From: Eledone cirrhosa | Taxonomy: Eukaryota | Reading direction: 5' to 3' | DNA: 64,000 bases | NCBI GenBank assembly: GCA_964016885.1 | Contig: OZ024740.1 | Coordinates: forward strand, 169,756,001-169,820,000 | Shown here: positions 13,976 through 30,319 of the stretch, one piece after another | How positions within the stretch are numbered: the stretch's first letter is position 1 | Layout of the letters: each line of letters starts with the position of its first letter | The notes under the pieces: generated by a model | The model's database searches: none | The model's input: only the letters and a program-made list of their open reading frames with translations | What the model was told of the DNA's origin: nothing | Program-made: the position numbers and the translations under genes

Positions 13976-14116
13976 TAGTCCTGAAATAGCCGTCGAAACG
14001 GCTCTAGCTCTGCCGTCGGGGTTATACTTTTTCCTATTTCCCACTCTACCACCCTAAGTATTGAGTACTCTGGTGCGTTATGGTCCATTTGGTTCTTTAC
14101 CACAATTCCTTTGTTA
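13976..14116 (+). mobile_element. ~140-bp pLTR fragment containing the 3' half of a hammerhead (family I)
   Basis: TAGCCGTC-GAAA-CGGC tctagctct GCCG-TC-GGGG. A homologue lies at 38720-38860 (-), and both are embedded in (TA)n. Confidence 0.6.
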
Positions 14117-14183
14117 TATATATATATAAATTAATAAAAACAATCAATATATATATATATAGGTATATATATATATATATGTA

Positions 14184-14324
<141 letters not shown>

Positions 14325-14327
14325 GTA

Positions 14328-14403
<76 letters not shown>

Positions 14404-14540
14404 TGTCTATATATATATATATAATAAAGAATTTATATCTAGTAACATATATATACATACAAATGCATATCGATGCTAGCAAATATATAGGTTTTGTCTT
14501 AATAACATTGTGGTTCAATGCATGGGGTTGCAGAACAATA

Positions 14541-14758
<218 letters not shown>

Positions 14759-14797
14759 ATATATACATACATATATATATGTATATATATATATATT

Positions 14798-14891
<94 letters not shown>

Positions 14892-14904
14892 TATATGTAT
14901 ATAG

Positions 14905-17900
14905 GTATGTCTTTAAGCACACATCAACAACAACAACAACACACACATTCAATGCCCCTCACCATCACCACAATCTTAACAAACACACAGACACAGGTAA
15001 TGACAGTAGCACAGAAATAAGGGAAGTTAATAGGATTGAAAGGAGAAGGGAGACTATGGACAGAGAAAATAACCAAGACGAACACACAGACACACAAAAT
15101 AGAGTAGATAATAACAATGAGCCAGAGGAAAGAGACATGAGTAATAATGAGAGACATAGAAACAACCATGAGGCTGTTGGTGGAAAGAGAAATAGAAACA
15201 ACACAACTAACAATAACAATAGCACTAGTACACATAAAGCAACAGCCTGGAACTTTACTTTTTATAATCCCTCCAATAAGTTGTTCGACCTGCGACGAGT
15301 CCACGTCACGACTTTAGCTTTTAACAAACGCACCCAATTGCCGTCGCAGGTCGATGAACAAACAGAAGCACAATTTAGTATAGCTAGATCTAAACTATAG
15401 AACAGTATAGCAAGAAGCATAATAGAATGGAGGCCCAGCAACTGGGAGAAAAATCAGCAAATGGCTTGCGTAAGCTCTTGCAGCGCTCGCGTAATGGAGA
15501 GATAGCATGCTTTCCAACAGACAAGTCTGGCAGAATGTCGGTTGACCGTCTGCCAAACTACATCCAGGCAATGCAACCCCACATCACTAACACAAGAGAA
15601 GTAACACCACAAGAGCATGAGGATAGAGAAAAAGCCCTCAATGCCCATATGATGATGTGGACAAATATAATGCAGCCCAACAAAAGGACTGCCAACAACT
15701 TCCAGGCCTGGAAAAATGAGGTGCCAGCGTTGTATGGGCTTCGAAAGACCATAACACGAGCAGTGACCCTGTCACGGGACCACCAACACGGCCAGTCTGT
15801 GGAGCTAACATTGCTAGTAACTACAGACTGTCCTACTTCCTCTCCCTGATCATACGCCCCATTATTGAAATGACCCCAGATGTATGTGACAGCACGGAGG
15901 ACCTCCTCAGCAGAATCGGCGAGAGTAACCGATCTAGGGACCTAACAAACTGCATAATAGGTAGTATGGATGTTGTGTCCCTGTATCCATCTATTGACGT
16001 GGATTTTGCTGTGGAGAAATGCGTAGAAATGATCAGTGAGAGCAATGTTGAGTTCCGTGAGATTGATACCAGTGAGCTGGGACTCCTACTTAAACTTACC
16101 TATAGTAATAATTATCTAGACACATATGACCTTAGCAACCTGTGCCCTACAAGACCAGCAATAGGCAGACCACCTACCATTACCTCAATGGCCAAGAAAA
16201 CCCACACAGATAGATGGAACGGGTGGACCAGAGCCATACGGACCCCCGAAAACCACGATGAACTAAAGAAAATGATTGCACATGCGGTGGGGGCCAGCAT
16301 AAAATTAACCCTTAAGGAACATATGTTCAAATTTAATGGAAAAACATATGCCCAAGAGGAGGGAGCAGCAATTGGTGTGAGCATTGCAGGCGACATAGCT
16401 AACCTATTCATGGTATGGTGGGACAGTAGACTTAAACTTAAACTTAAAGAACAATTAGAAGACCCCTTAACCCTGTTAATGTACTCCCGCTACGTTGATG
16501 ATATAAACATCGTAGTTAAAACACCCCCACTAGAGAACAGTCAGGAATTAGAGAAAAACACAATGGAAAGCATCCAGCAAATAGCTAACTCCATCCACCA
16601 GAGTATTAGAGTTACTATAGACTACCCAAGCAAACATCCCAACCATCGATTATCTGTACTAGACACAGAGCTCTGGTTAGATATCATTAATAACAAAAAA
16701 CAAATCCTCCATTCCCATTATGCCAAACCCATGACTTCCAAATATCTGATCCACCGAAATTCAGCTGTTTCGAACCATACCAAAATCAACATACTGATTG
16801 CGGATTTGGTACGGGTGATGAGAAGCGTGTCCCGCATGTGCAACCCCGAAGAACTAGAGAGACACATACAACACTTCATCCACCGTATGCAGTTCTCTGG
16901 TTACAATCAGAGAGATAAAATCAGAGTGTATAGAGTAGCCAGAACCAAATGGGAAAAAATGGTAAATAATGACACAAATGGGACCTGCCCCTTGTATAGG
17001 AGCAAATTTTGGAATAGAATAGAAATAACTAGGAATAAGGCTAATAGAATAAACTCATGGTATGATAGCAATAAATACCAGAGTGTAATGTTCATCGATA
17101 CAACCCCTAGAGGTGAATTAGCTTACACATTTAGAAGGGCCCTAGATAAACATAAACTCAATATAAAGATAGTAGAAAGACCAGGTACCTCCATAAAAAC
17201 ACTTATTAGCAAGACATGCCCTTTTCAAAGACCTCGCTGTATAGATAAGAAATGTATAATCTGTAAATTAAGCCCCCATATTAACTGTAAAACTAGAAAT
17301 GTAGTATATAGCATAAGATGTACTGAAGGACAATGTAGAGATAAGAATATAGTGTACATAGGTGAGACAGCTCGTAGTATAGGGGAACGGATAAATGAAC
17401 ACTGGCGAGACCTTCAAGATAGTAAAGAATCATCTGTACTCTACCAACATGTTAAAATAGAACATAAGGGTAAATTAGAGAACATAGAAATAAAAATAGA
17501 ATCTACACACAGAAAAGACGCAATGTTTAGACAAATCACAGAGGCAATAAACATAAATGAATTACAACCAAAATTAAATAGAAAACATGAGTGGAACAGC
17601 AACATCACAACTTACAATTAAGGACAAAATGAAAACACACACGCACATAGAACAAACAACCAACCAGTAACATGTAAATAAACAAATAAATAAACGAATA
17701 GAAACACACACAGACACCCGGATGTAACACATGCGCAAACTAAGCACACAACACACATAAAAACAAGATGGCATAGGACAGAACAAAGGAGAGGCACAAA
17801 AAACAAAGAAAAGAATCCCCAGTCACTGAAGTGGTCACAGAATGTGTGACGAAAGAACTTTGACAATATATAAACAACCATCTGGTTGTGGAACCAACCA

Positions 17901-17997
17901 ACCGGAAATTTATAAATTTATTATAATAAATTGAAGTGAAAGCTACTGGTGTGTGTGTTTCTTATTGGCAACATGACCCTCCCAAATTATAACAAAA
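14905..17997 (+). mobile_element. Penelope-like retroelement family B, 5'-truncated, with a 583-aa open RT-GIY-YIG frame
   Basis: ORF 15870-17621 (GSMDVVSLYPSI, RYVDD, C...CIIC...CKTRNVVYSIRC...YIGETARSIGERINEH...RQITEA...LNRKHEW). There is an upstream frameshift near 15750. The element ends at ATGACCCTCCCAAATTATAAC-(TA)n. Confidence 0.93.
17822..17864 (+). ncRNA. Type I hammerhead ribozyme, family B (A9 mutated)
   Basis: GTCA-CTGAAGT-G-GTCACA gaatg TGTGAC-GAAA-G AA C-TT-TGAC. Confidence 0.7.
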
Positions 17998-18035
17998 TAT
18001 ATATATATGTATAAATGAAAAGTTTAGAAATTATA

Positions 18036-18104
<69 letters not shown>

Positions 18105-18115
18105 GAAAAGTAAAG

Positions 18116-18207
<92 letters not shown>

Positions 18208-20731
18208 CACATACATATATATATATATATATGACAACGAATTCGCAACCACATGGTTTGCTGTATTATTGAAATTTTCTATTAATCTTTTGAGTTTTAA
18301 GTTATTATGAAGACATTTAATACACTTTATAAAAATAGATTTATATATACAAAATAACTAGTTATTAATAACATGCCACACTACAATTCTAAGCAAATTA
18401 TCACACATGGAACCAGAGCCTGGGCAAATCGATATGGTATTAGTTTGCCAACTGAAGAATCAACAATTATAACCCGTTAAAGGAACGTACTTTCTCCATG
18501 TCAAACATAGTTTGCTCAGCGACACTCACAACCTATGGAATGAATCTTTCACGATTTCCACGATGAGTTTTCCAGTCGTTCGCTCGATGAAACCGCCTAC
18601 TCATGAAATAAATGTGAGTGACAGAAAATTCCACAGATATCTGTGCCCTCAAAGTAATTCTCAGCGAGATTCAGCCTGACACGGTGTGTGACAATGCTGA
18701 CATTTGTGAAGTACATGTACAGTCAATCGACCGGTTACGAGACAGTTTCGCTTAAGCCAAATTCAACTCAAAAGCTTTTAGTCGACCCGAAACTATATTA
18801 ATTTACACTTGTTTCAGATGCCACGCACCAGGAACGGACATCCGGATCTAGCAATTACGAAGCGAACTTCTTAACCATTCAGTAATGATGCGATCACAAT
18901 ATCTATCTAAGTGTAAATAAATACTTTTGTTAGATGAAGCTACATCTCTAATAAGCAGATATCTTCTTAGCTTGCTGTGCTCAGTTCAAATTTGCACAAC
19001 ATTATAGATTAGAAAGATATAATATCTATCAAGTTGTTCCTCTACAAACTATAGAGTTCTGGAAGTCATTCTTTCTTCTTCACCCTATAATACATATAAC
19101 ATCAAACGTATTCCAACGATAAATAAAATTTGAAAATTAATTTTAGGTTCACTTATAATCAAACCACTTAAAAATCGGATTGACACATATGGAAATGCTA
19201 TGAATGCTTGGATGGCTCTAAATCAGTTAATCAGAAATTATGATGCTAATCTAATAGACAGGTTTCTACACCTTAATTGATTTGGAACTTGATTCTAGAA
19301 AACATAGAGTGCACTAATTTCCTTCCTTTAATATCAATCGCTCGTAAAGATAAGTTATTTTTCACTTGCTGTCGATTTTTAATTGAAGATAATTTCTCGT
19401 AAATATATTAAATTAGTTATCGTAATTCCTTGTTCAATTCAGTTCATTAACAAGTGATTTAAGTTCATTTTGGATTCTTCAATATTATACTTATTTCATC
19501 AATATTATTTTACCGAATTGCTAAGTTACAGAATATAAGTACACATTCAGACATAAACATGTGTATACGATAGGTTTCTCTAGTCAAATTTCACTCGCAA
19601 AGCATTAGTTAACTCAATAAAATATGTTTGTCCTAGGTGCTCCGAAGTAAGAGGTATAGGTGTGTTTATATATTTGAACCTGTGTGATTAATGGTTGCAG
19701 TTATGGCTGGATGGTTAATTAAATTACTTCACAATCGTAGTCACAGTTTTCATCCCATAACGTAGCACCTTAGTTTCTTTATTAGACGCGAGTGGACCCA
19801 AATGTTTTTACAAGGAATGTGGGTTACAAAACAAATATAGAAGCCCGTCTTATAGCCCTCTCTGTAATTCAAAGAACCTGCTTTGACAAACGCGAATTTC
19901 GAGTTTTTCATTTTGTTACTGGTACATGTGTATGCCAGACCTGTTAACTCTGCCCACCCGACGCGAAGAACTCTCACCCACTTTTGGATGGGGGAGAGAT
20001 GTCTTCACTTGTGAAAATAGATATAGCTTTCATTCTGTAAATCCTCCCCATTTTGCCCCCGTTCTCACTTTTTTTCATGGTACTACCCATTTGTGTTTTT
20101 AGAGGTTGGTAGATCTGGTGTGTGCAACGTTATACTTTACGAGTTCCAGTGATCGAATAACTGGAATATTGATAGTCAAAAACATCAGAAATCCATTTAC
20201 GTGTGTAAAATATTTTAGCAGATGTTCTAAAAATCCAATGTGATTATTGACATATTTCACAGCAAAACTATCATTAATATATTTATATTTACTAATAGAA
20301 TCTACTATGAATAAAATAAAAACATGTGATAAATATCTCGTTGTAATAAATCGTCTGGAACAAATGTTTTATATATATATATATGTATATATCTATATAT
20401 ATCTATATCTATCTATATATATATCTATATCTATATATATATGTCAATATATATCAATATCTATCTATATATATATGTATGTATATATCTATATCTATAT
20501 ATATATATGTATGTATATATCTATATATATATATATGTATGTATATATCTATATCTATATATCTATATACATCTATATCTATATATATGTATATATCTAT
20601 ATATATCTATATCTATATATATGTATATATCTATATATATCTATATATATCTATCTCTCTCTATATATATATATATCTATATATATCTATATATATCTAT
20701 ATATATATATATCTATATATATCTATATATA

Positions 20732-20767
<36 letters not shown>

Positions 20768-20952
20768 TATATATATATGTATATATCTATATATATATCT
20801 ATATATGCATATATATATATATGTATATATCTATATATATCTATCTATCTATCTCTGCATATATATATATGTATATATCTATATATATCTATATATATCT
20901 ATCTATCTATCTATCTATCTATCTCTCTCTCTATATATATGCATATATATAT

Positions 20953-23761
20953 CGTCAACAACCGATGGTGGGCATCTCTCAAAAGAGAGATTAGAACAGA
21001 ATCAATAAGTTATAGCAAGATGTTAGCTGCCGATAAGAATAGAAACGAGAAAGAATTAACAGGTAAATTAGAAGAGGCAATCAAGAGCGAAGATGTGGCC
21101 AGAGTGCTGGCATCGAGGACGGCCTTGAACCAGTTTTTCGAGGCAAAGCACGAAGGCTGCGTCATTCGAAGTAAAATACGTGCTCTAGGTAATGAGGGAG
21201 CCAAAGCCGTTGGCTGGGCCCGCGTGACAGAAGCTAAGAGTGGAAATCGATCCACCATCCGGTCGTTGCAAGACGAAGATGGACGGGTGATCCGGGAGCC
21301 TAAGCAGATGTGCGAGGCCTTTCAAAGGCACTTTGCCCGATTGTTCGGGGGAGGCGAGGGTCCGGGCGGGGGCGTGGATTTCGGTCCATACCTCGACGAC
21401 CTGCCGCGTCTCTCGAGCGAAGAGGCAGAGTCCTGCGAGGGACCAATCTCGGCTGATGAGATCGGAGATGCGCTGAGCCAATGCAGCAGACGCAAATCTC
21501 CAGGTCTCGATGGTATACCTTACGAACTTTATTTAGCAATGCCGGTCTTCTTCTCCGAACTCCTCGAAGCGGTCTACTGCAATTGGCAGCAGAACGGGAG
21601 AATTCCTTGTTCTGTAGCCAAGGGCGTAGTCACGCTGGTGAGGAAGGACGAGAACAAGGGGGATAGTATAAATAATTTTCGGCCCATAACCCTGCTAAAC
21701 ACAGAGTTAAAGATTTTGGCCAAGGTGTTAGCAAAGACGTTGGCGCTTGTCGTGGGTGGCCTGGTGGGAGATGCGCAGACATGTGCTATCCCATCCAGGT
21801 CCATTCACGATAACCTCCACCTCATGCGATACATCATAGAGAGGGTTGGCAACAAACCCGGCTTCGGTGGGGCCCTGATCAACTTGGATCAGTCTAAGGC
21901 CTTCGATAGGGTCGACCATGGTTACCTGGATGCGGTGCTAGCGGCGGCTGGGTTCGGTCCTGTTTTCAGAGGCTGGATAACTGCCTTACATAGCAACCAC
22001 ATCTGTTCTAGGATCATGGTGAACGGCTACCTTTCGAAGCCGTTCGAAATCACACGATCCATTCGACAGGGGTGCCCTCTCTCCTCCCTTCTGTACGTAT
22101 TGACTCTCGAGCCTTTACTGAGGAAGTTGGAGTTGTTGCAGGGTATCCCCCTGGAACCAGGATTGAGCAAAGCGGTGTCGGCCTACGCCGATGACGTAAC
22201 AGTAATGGCATCGACCGACTCGGAGATCGAGGCGATCGGTACCTTACTGGAGGAGTACGAAAGGTTGTCAGGAGCGAAACAGAACCGGGAAAAATCCATC
22301 GGGCTGCAACTCGGAACGTGGAGAGGCAGACCGATGCCTCCTGACGGTGTCGTCGGACACTGGACGGAGGGCCCGGTAAAGTTGCTTGGGGTCTGGTTTG
22401 GACCGGACCACCAGGTGGAAAAGAACTGGAACGAGGTTACGAACAAGGTGTTTGCACTAACCCAGAAATGGGCCAAGTGTAAGCTGTCCCTAAAAGGCCG
22501 GGCGGAGGTGGCGAACATTTACATAGCGTCCGTCACTTACTACCGCCTGACTGTCGTGCCTTGCCCTAAGGAAACACTCACCACCATGGAACGCATGCTC
22601 TTCCAATTTCTTTGGAAGAAGCGCCCTACTATGGTGAGAAGATCCATCTGCTGCCAACAACCTTCGAAAGGAGGGCTGGGGATGCCGTGGTTGATGATGC
22701 GTAGGCACGCATTAAGGCTACGGCACCTACAGGTATTCCTCACTGGTCAACCGGTGTGGGCTCCGTTCGTGAAACGAGCCTTTCCGAGACTCGTCTCGCT
22801 CACCGAGCTACAGTCCTGGGTCAAGCAAAGATCCGGAAAACTGGGAGACTGGCACACTGAGTGTGCTCAGGCGCTCAGGGCTCTCTGGCAAGCGGGCCAG
22901 GCCATCGGTGGAGAATCCACCTCATCATTCTATAGAGGGCTGGTGGCTAGCAGGGGCGATGACACCCTTGGAGAGTCGCTGGACATGGAAGAAGACGAAC
23001 TGGCCAGCCTGTTCGGTAGGACTTTCGGCCCAGGACCAATGGACAACTTCCAGAAGTCACTGGCTCTACCCGTTCGAGAGAGGCTCTACAGACACGGGCG
23101 CCCGGGCAGGGATCCCTCAAAAAAGATTTGCCCTAGATGCGTGCGTCACGAAGAAACCGTTGCGCACGCATTGGTGCAATGTCCGGGCGTGGCTGATCTG
23201 TGGGGCTACACCGAACGACTGCTGTCGCGGGTGGCGCCGATTAAATTGACCGCCGAGTCCGTGATGACAATCAAACCGCCTTCCCTCTTCACAAAGGAAG
23301 CAAAGGCGGTTTTTCTGTGCGTAATAGCCATGTTGAAAGAGGTTGTTTGGTGGACACGATTGAAAGGTCTGAGGTCAGGCAATTTCCTCTCTGGCCATAG
23401 TCTGGTCTACTTCTTCCGATATCACTTCGGAAGAAGGATAAGAATGGAGAGAGAGGTGCTTGGCCACAGGCAGTTTTATGAAAGGTGGGTGATAGTGGCG
23501 AGAATGGCTCGTGTAAATGGGCCTTCTCTGTATACCATCCTGTAGGTAAAGAAGTAAAGGAGAGGGGAGCACCTTCTCCATGTGCTCCCCGGGCAAAGGA
23601 TTGCACACTTTTTCGGGGGGGTGTGCAACACCCATCACGTCCCCTCCCTTTTGAGGTTATTTTCGATTATTTTCATGTTACACCCTTTTTACTCGATTAT
23701 ATGTAAACTCCCCCTTTGTATTTGTCCCTTCTTTTTATGCCTTTATGGTAAATAAAGAAAT
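20953..23761 (+). mobile_element. L1/Tx1-clade non-LTR retrotransposon, 5'-truncated ORF2 (RT + C-terminal CCHC) in (TA)n
   Basis: [61 protein letters not shown]...[10 protein letters not shown]; stop at 23545; 3' UTR ends AATAAAGAAATC-(TA)n. The N-terminus of the track ORF is microsatellite read-through. Confidence 0.95.
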
Positions 23762-23775
23762 CTATATATATATGC

Positions 23776-23835
<60 letters not shown>

Positions 23836-23984
23836 CAGTGAGCGTGTTCTGTTATTAATTCTGGCAATATTACACAAATATAACAATATATGTATATATA
23901 TTTATATATATGTATATATATTTATATATATGTATATATATATGTATATATATTTATATATATGTATATATATTTATATATATG

Positions 23985-24045
<61 letters not shown>

Positions 24046-24084
24046 GTATATATATTTATATATATGTATATATATATATGTATA

Positions 24085-24151
<67 letters not shown>

Positions 24152-24152
24152 G

Positions 24153-24185
<33 letters not shown>

Positions 24186-24248
24186 GTATATATATATATG
24201 TATATATATATATGTATATATATATATGTATATATGTATATATATATG

Positions 24249-24435
<187 letters not shown>

Positions 24436-24466
24436 TTATATATATGTATATATATATATATATATA

Positions 24467-25012
24467 TACTGACCTAAGAGAAGTATAAATAAATAAATAG
24501 ATAAATAAATAAATAAATACATACACAAGCTCAATAACAACAAACACATATAAACACACACCAGTAAAGATAGAATACATTAAACAATACACAGTCACCG
24601 AATCACGAGCACACATCAAACAAAACACTATACACACACGCAAACGCATTCGCAAAGAAGACAACAAAAAAAAACAAAAAATAAATAAATAAATAAATAA
24701 ATATATAAACAGACTAAATAAAGATGGCGTAGAAAATACAATGCAACGGGAGGAAACAATAGCACCACTGACGATGTTGCAGATGTGCAACGAAAGAACG
24801 TTGATAATCTATATACATGTGTTTGTGTCTATATTGTATCTGTATTATTTTTTTACCGTTGGTCAGTCAATGGCAACATTAAGGACAGAATAAATTAGAT
24901 TACTGATATAAAAGACACAGAAGCGAAAAGCGAAAACCAACCAAACAGTGAGTGTGTTCTGTTATTAATTCTAGCAATATTACACAAATATGACCCTCCC
25001 CAAGTATAACTA
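24467..25012 (+). mobile_element. Solo pLTR of PLE family A (hammerhead at 24759-24812)
   Basis: Homologous to 2751-3258 and ends at ATGACCCTCCCCAAGTATAAC. A small fragment of the same end lies at 23835-23888. Confidence 0.88.
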
Positions 25013-25018
25013 TATATT

Positions 25019-25049
<31 letters not shown>

Positions 25050-25180
25050 TTATATATATGCATATATATATATATATATATGTATATATATTTATATATA
25101 TGTATATATATATATATGTATATATATTTATATATATGTATATATATTTATATATATATGTATATATATTTATATATATG

Positions 25181-25211
<31 letters not shown>

Positions 25212-25744
25212 TTATATATATGTATATATATATTTATATATATTTATATATATATATATATTTATATATATGTATATATATATATTTATATTTATATATA
25301 TGTATATATATATAACTATATATATGTATATATCTATATATATCTATATCTATATATATATATGTATATATCTATATCTATATATATATATGTATATATA
25401 TATATATCTATATATATATGTATATATCTATATATATCTATATCTATATATATATATGTCTATAACTATATATATATATGTATATATCTATATATATATA
25501 TATGTATATATCTATATATATATATATGTATATATCTATATCTATATATATATATATATATCTATATATATATATATGTCTATAACTATATATATATATG
25601 TATATATCTATATATATATATGTATATATCTATATATATATATGTATATATCTATATCTATATCTATATGTATATATCTATATCTATATATATATATGTA
25701 TATATCTATATATATGTATATATATATATCTATATATATATATA

Positions 25745-26397
25745 TATTTAGAAACACACAGATACATGCGGACACACACATATATACATGAATGCATCCG
25801 CACCCAACTGTGAGTTAAGGGTGCCAACTTCACCGATGTTGCTCAATGAATGACTGGGACAGACCAATTCAGTTTGAACCAGACTGAACCAGTATCAGAG
25901 TTAAAAATACATTATGAAGAGAGAAGAAACATTTAGATATAATTAGTAATAAAATGTATCATACCCAAACTGCTCCTAAATTCCTCGACTACGTAGTTTC
26001 GTGGCATAAACAAAAACAATATATCAAAGATATAGAGTCCTTCCGAGGTCTGCCGACTTATCAAGAGGATACCTCATTTTACCAGTCTCAAGAACGCGTC
26101 TACACGACGTGAGAAAGAATCCCAAAAGGCGGAGGGGGAGATAGTCACGCGATATAACGGTCGAGAAACAGAGCTAAGCCTCCTATAACCACGAAGAAAA
26201 TACCACGGAGGCGGAGGGGGTATTCATATCGAGGCCGTAGAAGAGGTAGTGAAGAAGGCGAGAAGTATGAGTAATGGAAGCTTTCCAGTTGTCCTCACAC
26301 TTCAAAGATTGCTCGACCAGAGGGAGTTATTAATATATTTAGAAACACACAGATACATGCGGACACACACATATATACATGAATGCATCCGCACCCA

Positions 26398-26398
<1 letters not shown>
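25745..26398. mobile_element. Rearranged family C terminal repeat with an internal inversion; hammerhead at 25982-26069 (-)
   Basis: Positions 25909-26238 match 7441-7768 in the same orientation, while 25745-25852 and 26335-26398 match 7770-7875 in the opposite orientation. Confidence 0.75.
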
Positions 26399-26429
<31 letters not shown>

Positions 26430-26554
26430 CTATATATATATATATCTATATATATATATCTATATCTATATATATATATATATATATAGATATATGTATA
26501 TATCTATATCTATCTATATATATATATCTATATATATATATATATGTATATATA

Positions 26555-26648
<94 letters not shown>

Positions 26649-26660
26649 TATATGTATATT

Positions 26661-26750
<90 letters not shown>

Positions 26751-26802
26751 TATATATGTATATATATATATATGCATATATATATATATGTATATATATA
26801 TA

Positions 26803-26842
<40 letters not shown>

Positions 26843-27012
26843 GTGTGTGTGTGTGTGTAATTTTATCAATAAGTGATATTGGGTATTTATACATGATTAG
26901 TTCAAACTTGGATTGTCTCTGTATGTAGGAAGATTTAGATCATAATCATAGGCAGTAGTATGTATCATATATCAATATAAGTGTATGTATGTAAATATAC
27001 ATATGTATATGC

Positions 27013-27047
<35 letters not shown>

Positions 27048-27322
27048 TGTGTGCCTATATTTTATGTGTATGTATTTACATGCTAACACAAATAAGTAAT
27101 ATATGGACTAGTGATTAATTGCGCATAAATCCACGTTGGGGACTATATATTTGCCGTTGAGCAAGATGAATGACGGAAGTAATAGTGCATCAATAGGAAC
27201 ATGATACTGCAGGGAATAAAACCATTTGGCGGGAGACGAAACAATTCTATTTTTTGGATTGCTTTTAGAACAAGATCTTTCGATAAAGTGTTGTACACAT
27301 ACGCAACACACACACACACACG

Positions 27323-27805
<483 letters not shown>

Positions 27806-27819
27806 GATATATATATATA

Positions 27820-28159
27820 AATTGCTGCAATGTTGGGGGGAGGGGAAGTTGATTAAATGGACCCCAGTGCGTGACTGATACTTTAATTTTTCGACCTAGT
27901 AAAGATCACTCCGCGGGATTTGAACGCAGATCATAGGGCTATAACTGTATGCTGCATAGCATGCTGCAAAGTATGGCGTCTGACCCTCTATCGATACTGC
28001 CAATCCACCGCCCTCATAGGAGTGAAGAATATCGCAGATCAACTATACAGTAAGGTTTATTCCCAGTATTATCAAATGTTTCATTGGTCCGGTGTGTCTA
28101 AAAGTCGCTATCTGTAGTGCTACAATGACAATCGATTCTAAGTACAGTTACCACCAGCC

Positions 28160-28229
<70 letters not shown>

Positions 28230-29180
28230 GGTTACGGTTGTAAGTGGACTAGCAATTAACATTTCCCGATACATTTGTTATCGTCGTATCTGTAAATTTG
28301 TTATTACTATTATTAAATTCTATGAGGGTGGAGGAGGTGGATTTGCACTATCGATAGAGCGACGGGCGAAATCCTTGCGGTATTTAGTTACAACTTTCTA
28401 TGCTCTGAGTTAAAATACTGCCGTAGCCAACCTTGTCTTTCGCGGTTCCCAGTGTGATAAAATAAAACAATTCAAGTACGGACGTCAATATAATCTTTTC
28501 TCCCATTCAAAGAAATTATTGTTCTACTAAAATTATAAACTATTATTATTGGCAGTATCGGTAGAGGGTCGGACTCCATGCTTTGCAGCATCGAGTTACG
28601 GCCCTTTATAATCTGGGTTCAAATCCCGCCGAGGTTAACTTTGCCTTTCATCCTTATTGGGTCGATAAAATAAAGTATCAGTAATGTACTGGGGTTGATT
28701 TAATCGGCTTTCTCCTCCCCTTAAATTACTGGCCTTGTGCCTATACTAGAAATCATTATTATGACGTTCGAGGGATATTAATTGGAGACAATTGGAAAAT
28801 AAAATCGGAATATAAAATTTACCATGGTATTGTGTTACGTCCCTTTGTAATTGTAGTAAATATCCCCGCTAGACTGATTTTGCCATCTAACCTTCGGGGT
28901 GTCGATGAAGTAAAGTATCAGACGATACAACCAACTTTCGCTTATCTATAAAATTGCTGGCTACATAGGGGCAGTCTTCTTACTCAGTAATAAAACCCCG
29001 TGCCAAACACCTGAAACAACAACAGTCAATTGAATAAGCTCCATCACATTTCCCGGGCATTTTATCGACCTAGAAAGGATAAATAGTAACGCAGTATGTG
29101 ATCTGAAAACAGAAACGTAAAAACTAAAATGCTGCAAGTAATTTAGTGCAGTGGATCCATTCTCCAGTTAATGCTTCGCC
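27820..29180. mobile_element. Cluster of Nin-like tRNA-SINE copies (27820-28014 -, 28333-28545 +, 28549-28760 +, degenerate copies to 29180)
   Basis: Same head and core motifs as the SINE at 10839. Confidence 0.8.
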
Positions 29181-30319
29181 CATCAGAAACTAAATAATAA
29201 TGAGTTATTTCATAATCTTAAAGCAACAGATGTTTAGATATGTGGATGTTGTTGACAGTAGTGACGGAGTTAGTGGTGGTGGTGGTAGTGATAGTGCTTT
29301 TGTTATTGTTTTGCTGCCCCAGGTCAATCTCGAGTGTGGAAAATATGATCACAGAAATGACAGTCATAATAGTTTCAAAGTTGCTTAAGAAATATCTAGG
29401 ACTGGATCATCCAATACATTCTTTATAATTTACAGCACTGATATATGATTTGAAGATGTGTTTGTTGTTTCTGAGAAATATAAATATGATTTTCATATCA
29501 TTATGCAACAGAGAAATTGTTCGTACATTGCATGATTAAGACCCACATAAATTTGCTTTTGGCTTAAATTTTAGATTGGCTTATGTCAAGTAAAACAAAT
29601 AAACATTAGTGACTTTTCTTGTCTGATGAAACTCCCCCATCATAGTTATACTAAAGTTAGAAATTAATCAAGTGTTGTATAATTAAAATACATCTTAATG
29701 TACTGGAGTTTTTTTTTAATTAAAAAGCATGAGCGTTCAAATACAGAAAATGGCTGCAATAAGAGTCAATAACTATGAACAATAACTAAAGATATCGGGT
29801 AAAATACGTTTAGAGACAGATAAACATAGACAAAAACGCCGACGATGAATCAAAGGCTTCGGGTCCACGAAGGAAGGCTTTTTTGCAGACATTTTCTACA
29901 TTTAATTTATATAAATTTTAGATTGTCTTTTGTAAAAAAAACCTAAACTCACATTGGACGAGTAAATCAATGGTATGGACTACTGGGGTTTACCTATACT
30001 GAGCCTTGTATCACCATTCCAGTACCGATAAGGAAAAGCATAAACCGTAGTACAATGGATCGCCGAACAATATATAGGATACACATTTTCATGTAACTAA
30101 ACATCACTATTTATTATATCTTGATGTTCTTGTTTGAGCCGTTGTAGTTATTGTTATTATTGTTGCTATAAGATGCTCTTGTCCATCGTATTTTTCATAA
30201 GGATACAATAAAATTGATTAAGTTATCTAATTAACGAATTAATAAAACAACTAATTAAATTAGTAGCTGTTTTGTTTTCATTTGCTAATTTCACATTGTC
30301 CTTGACGTCATCATAGTTA

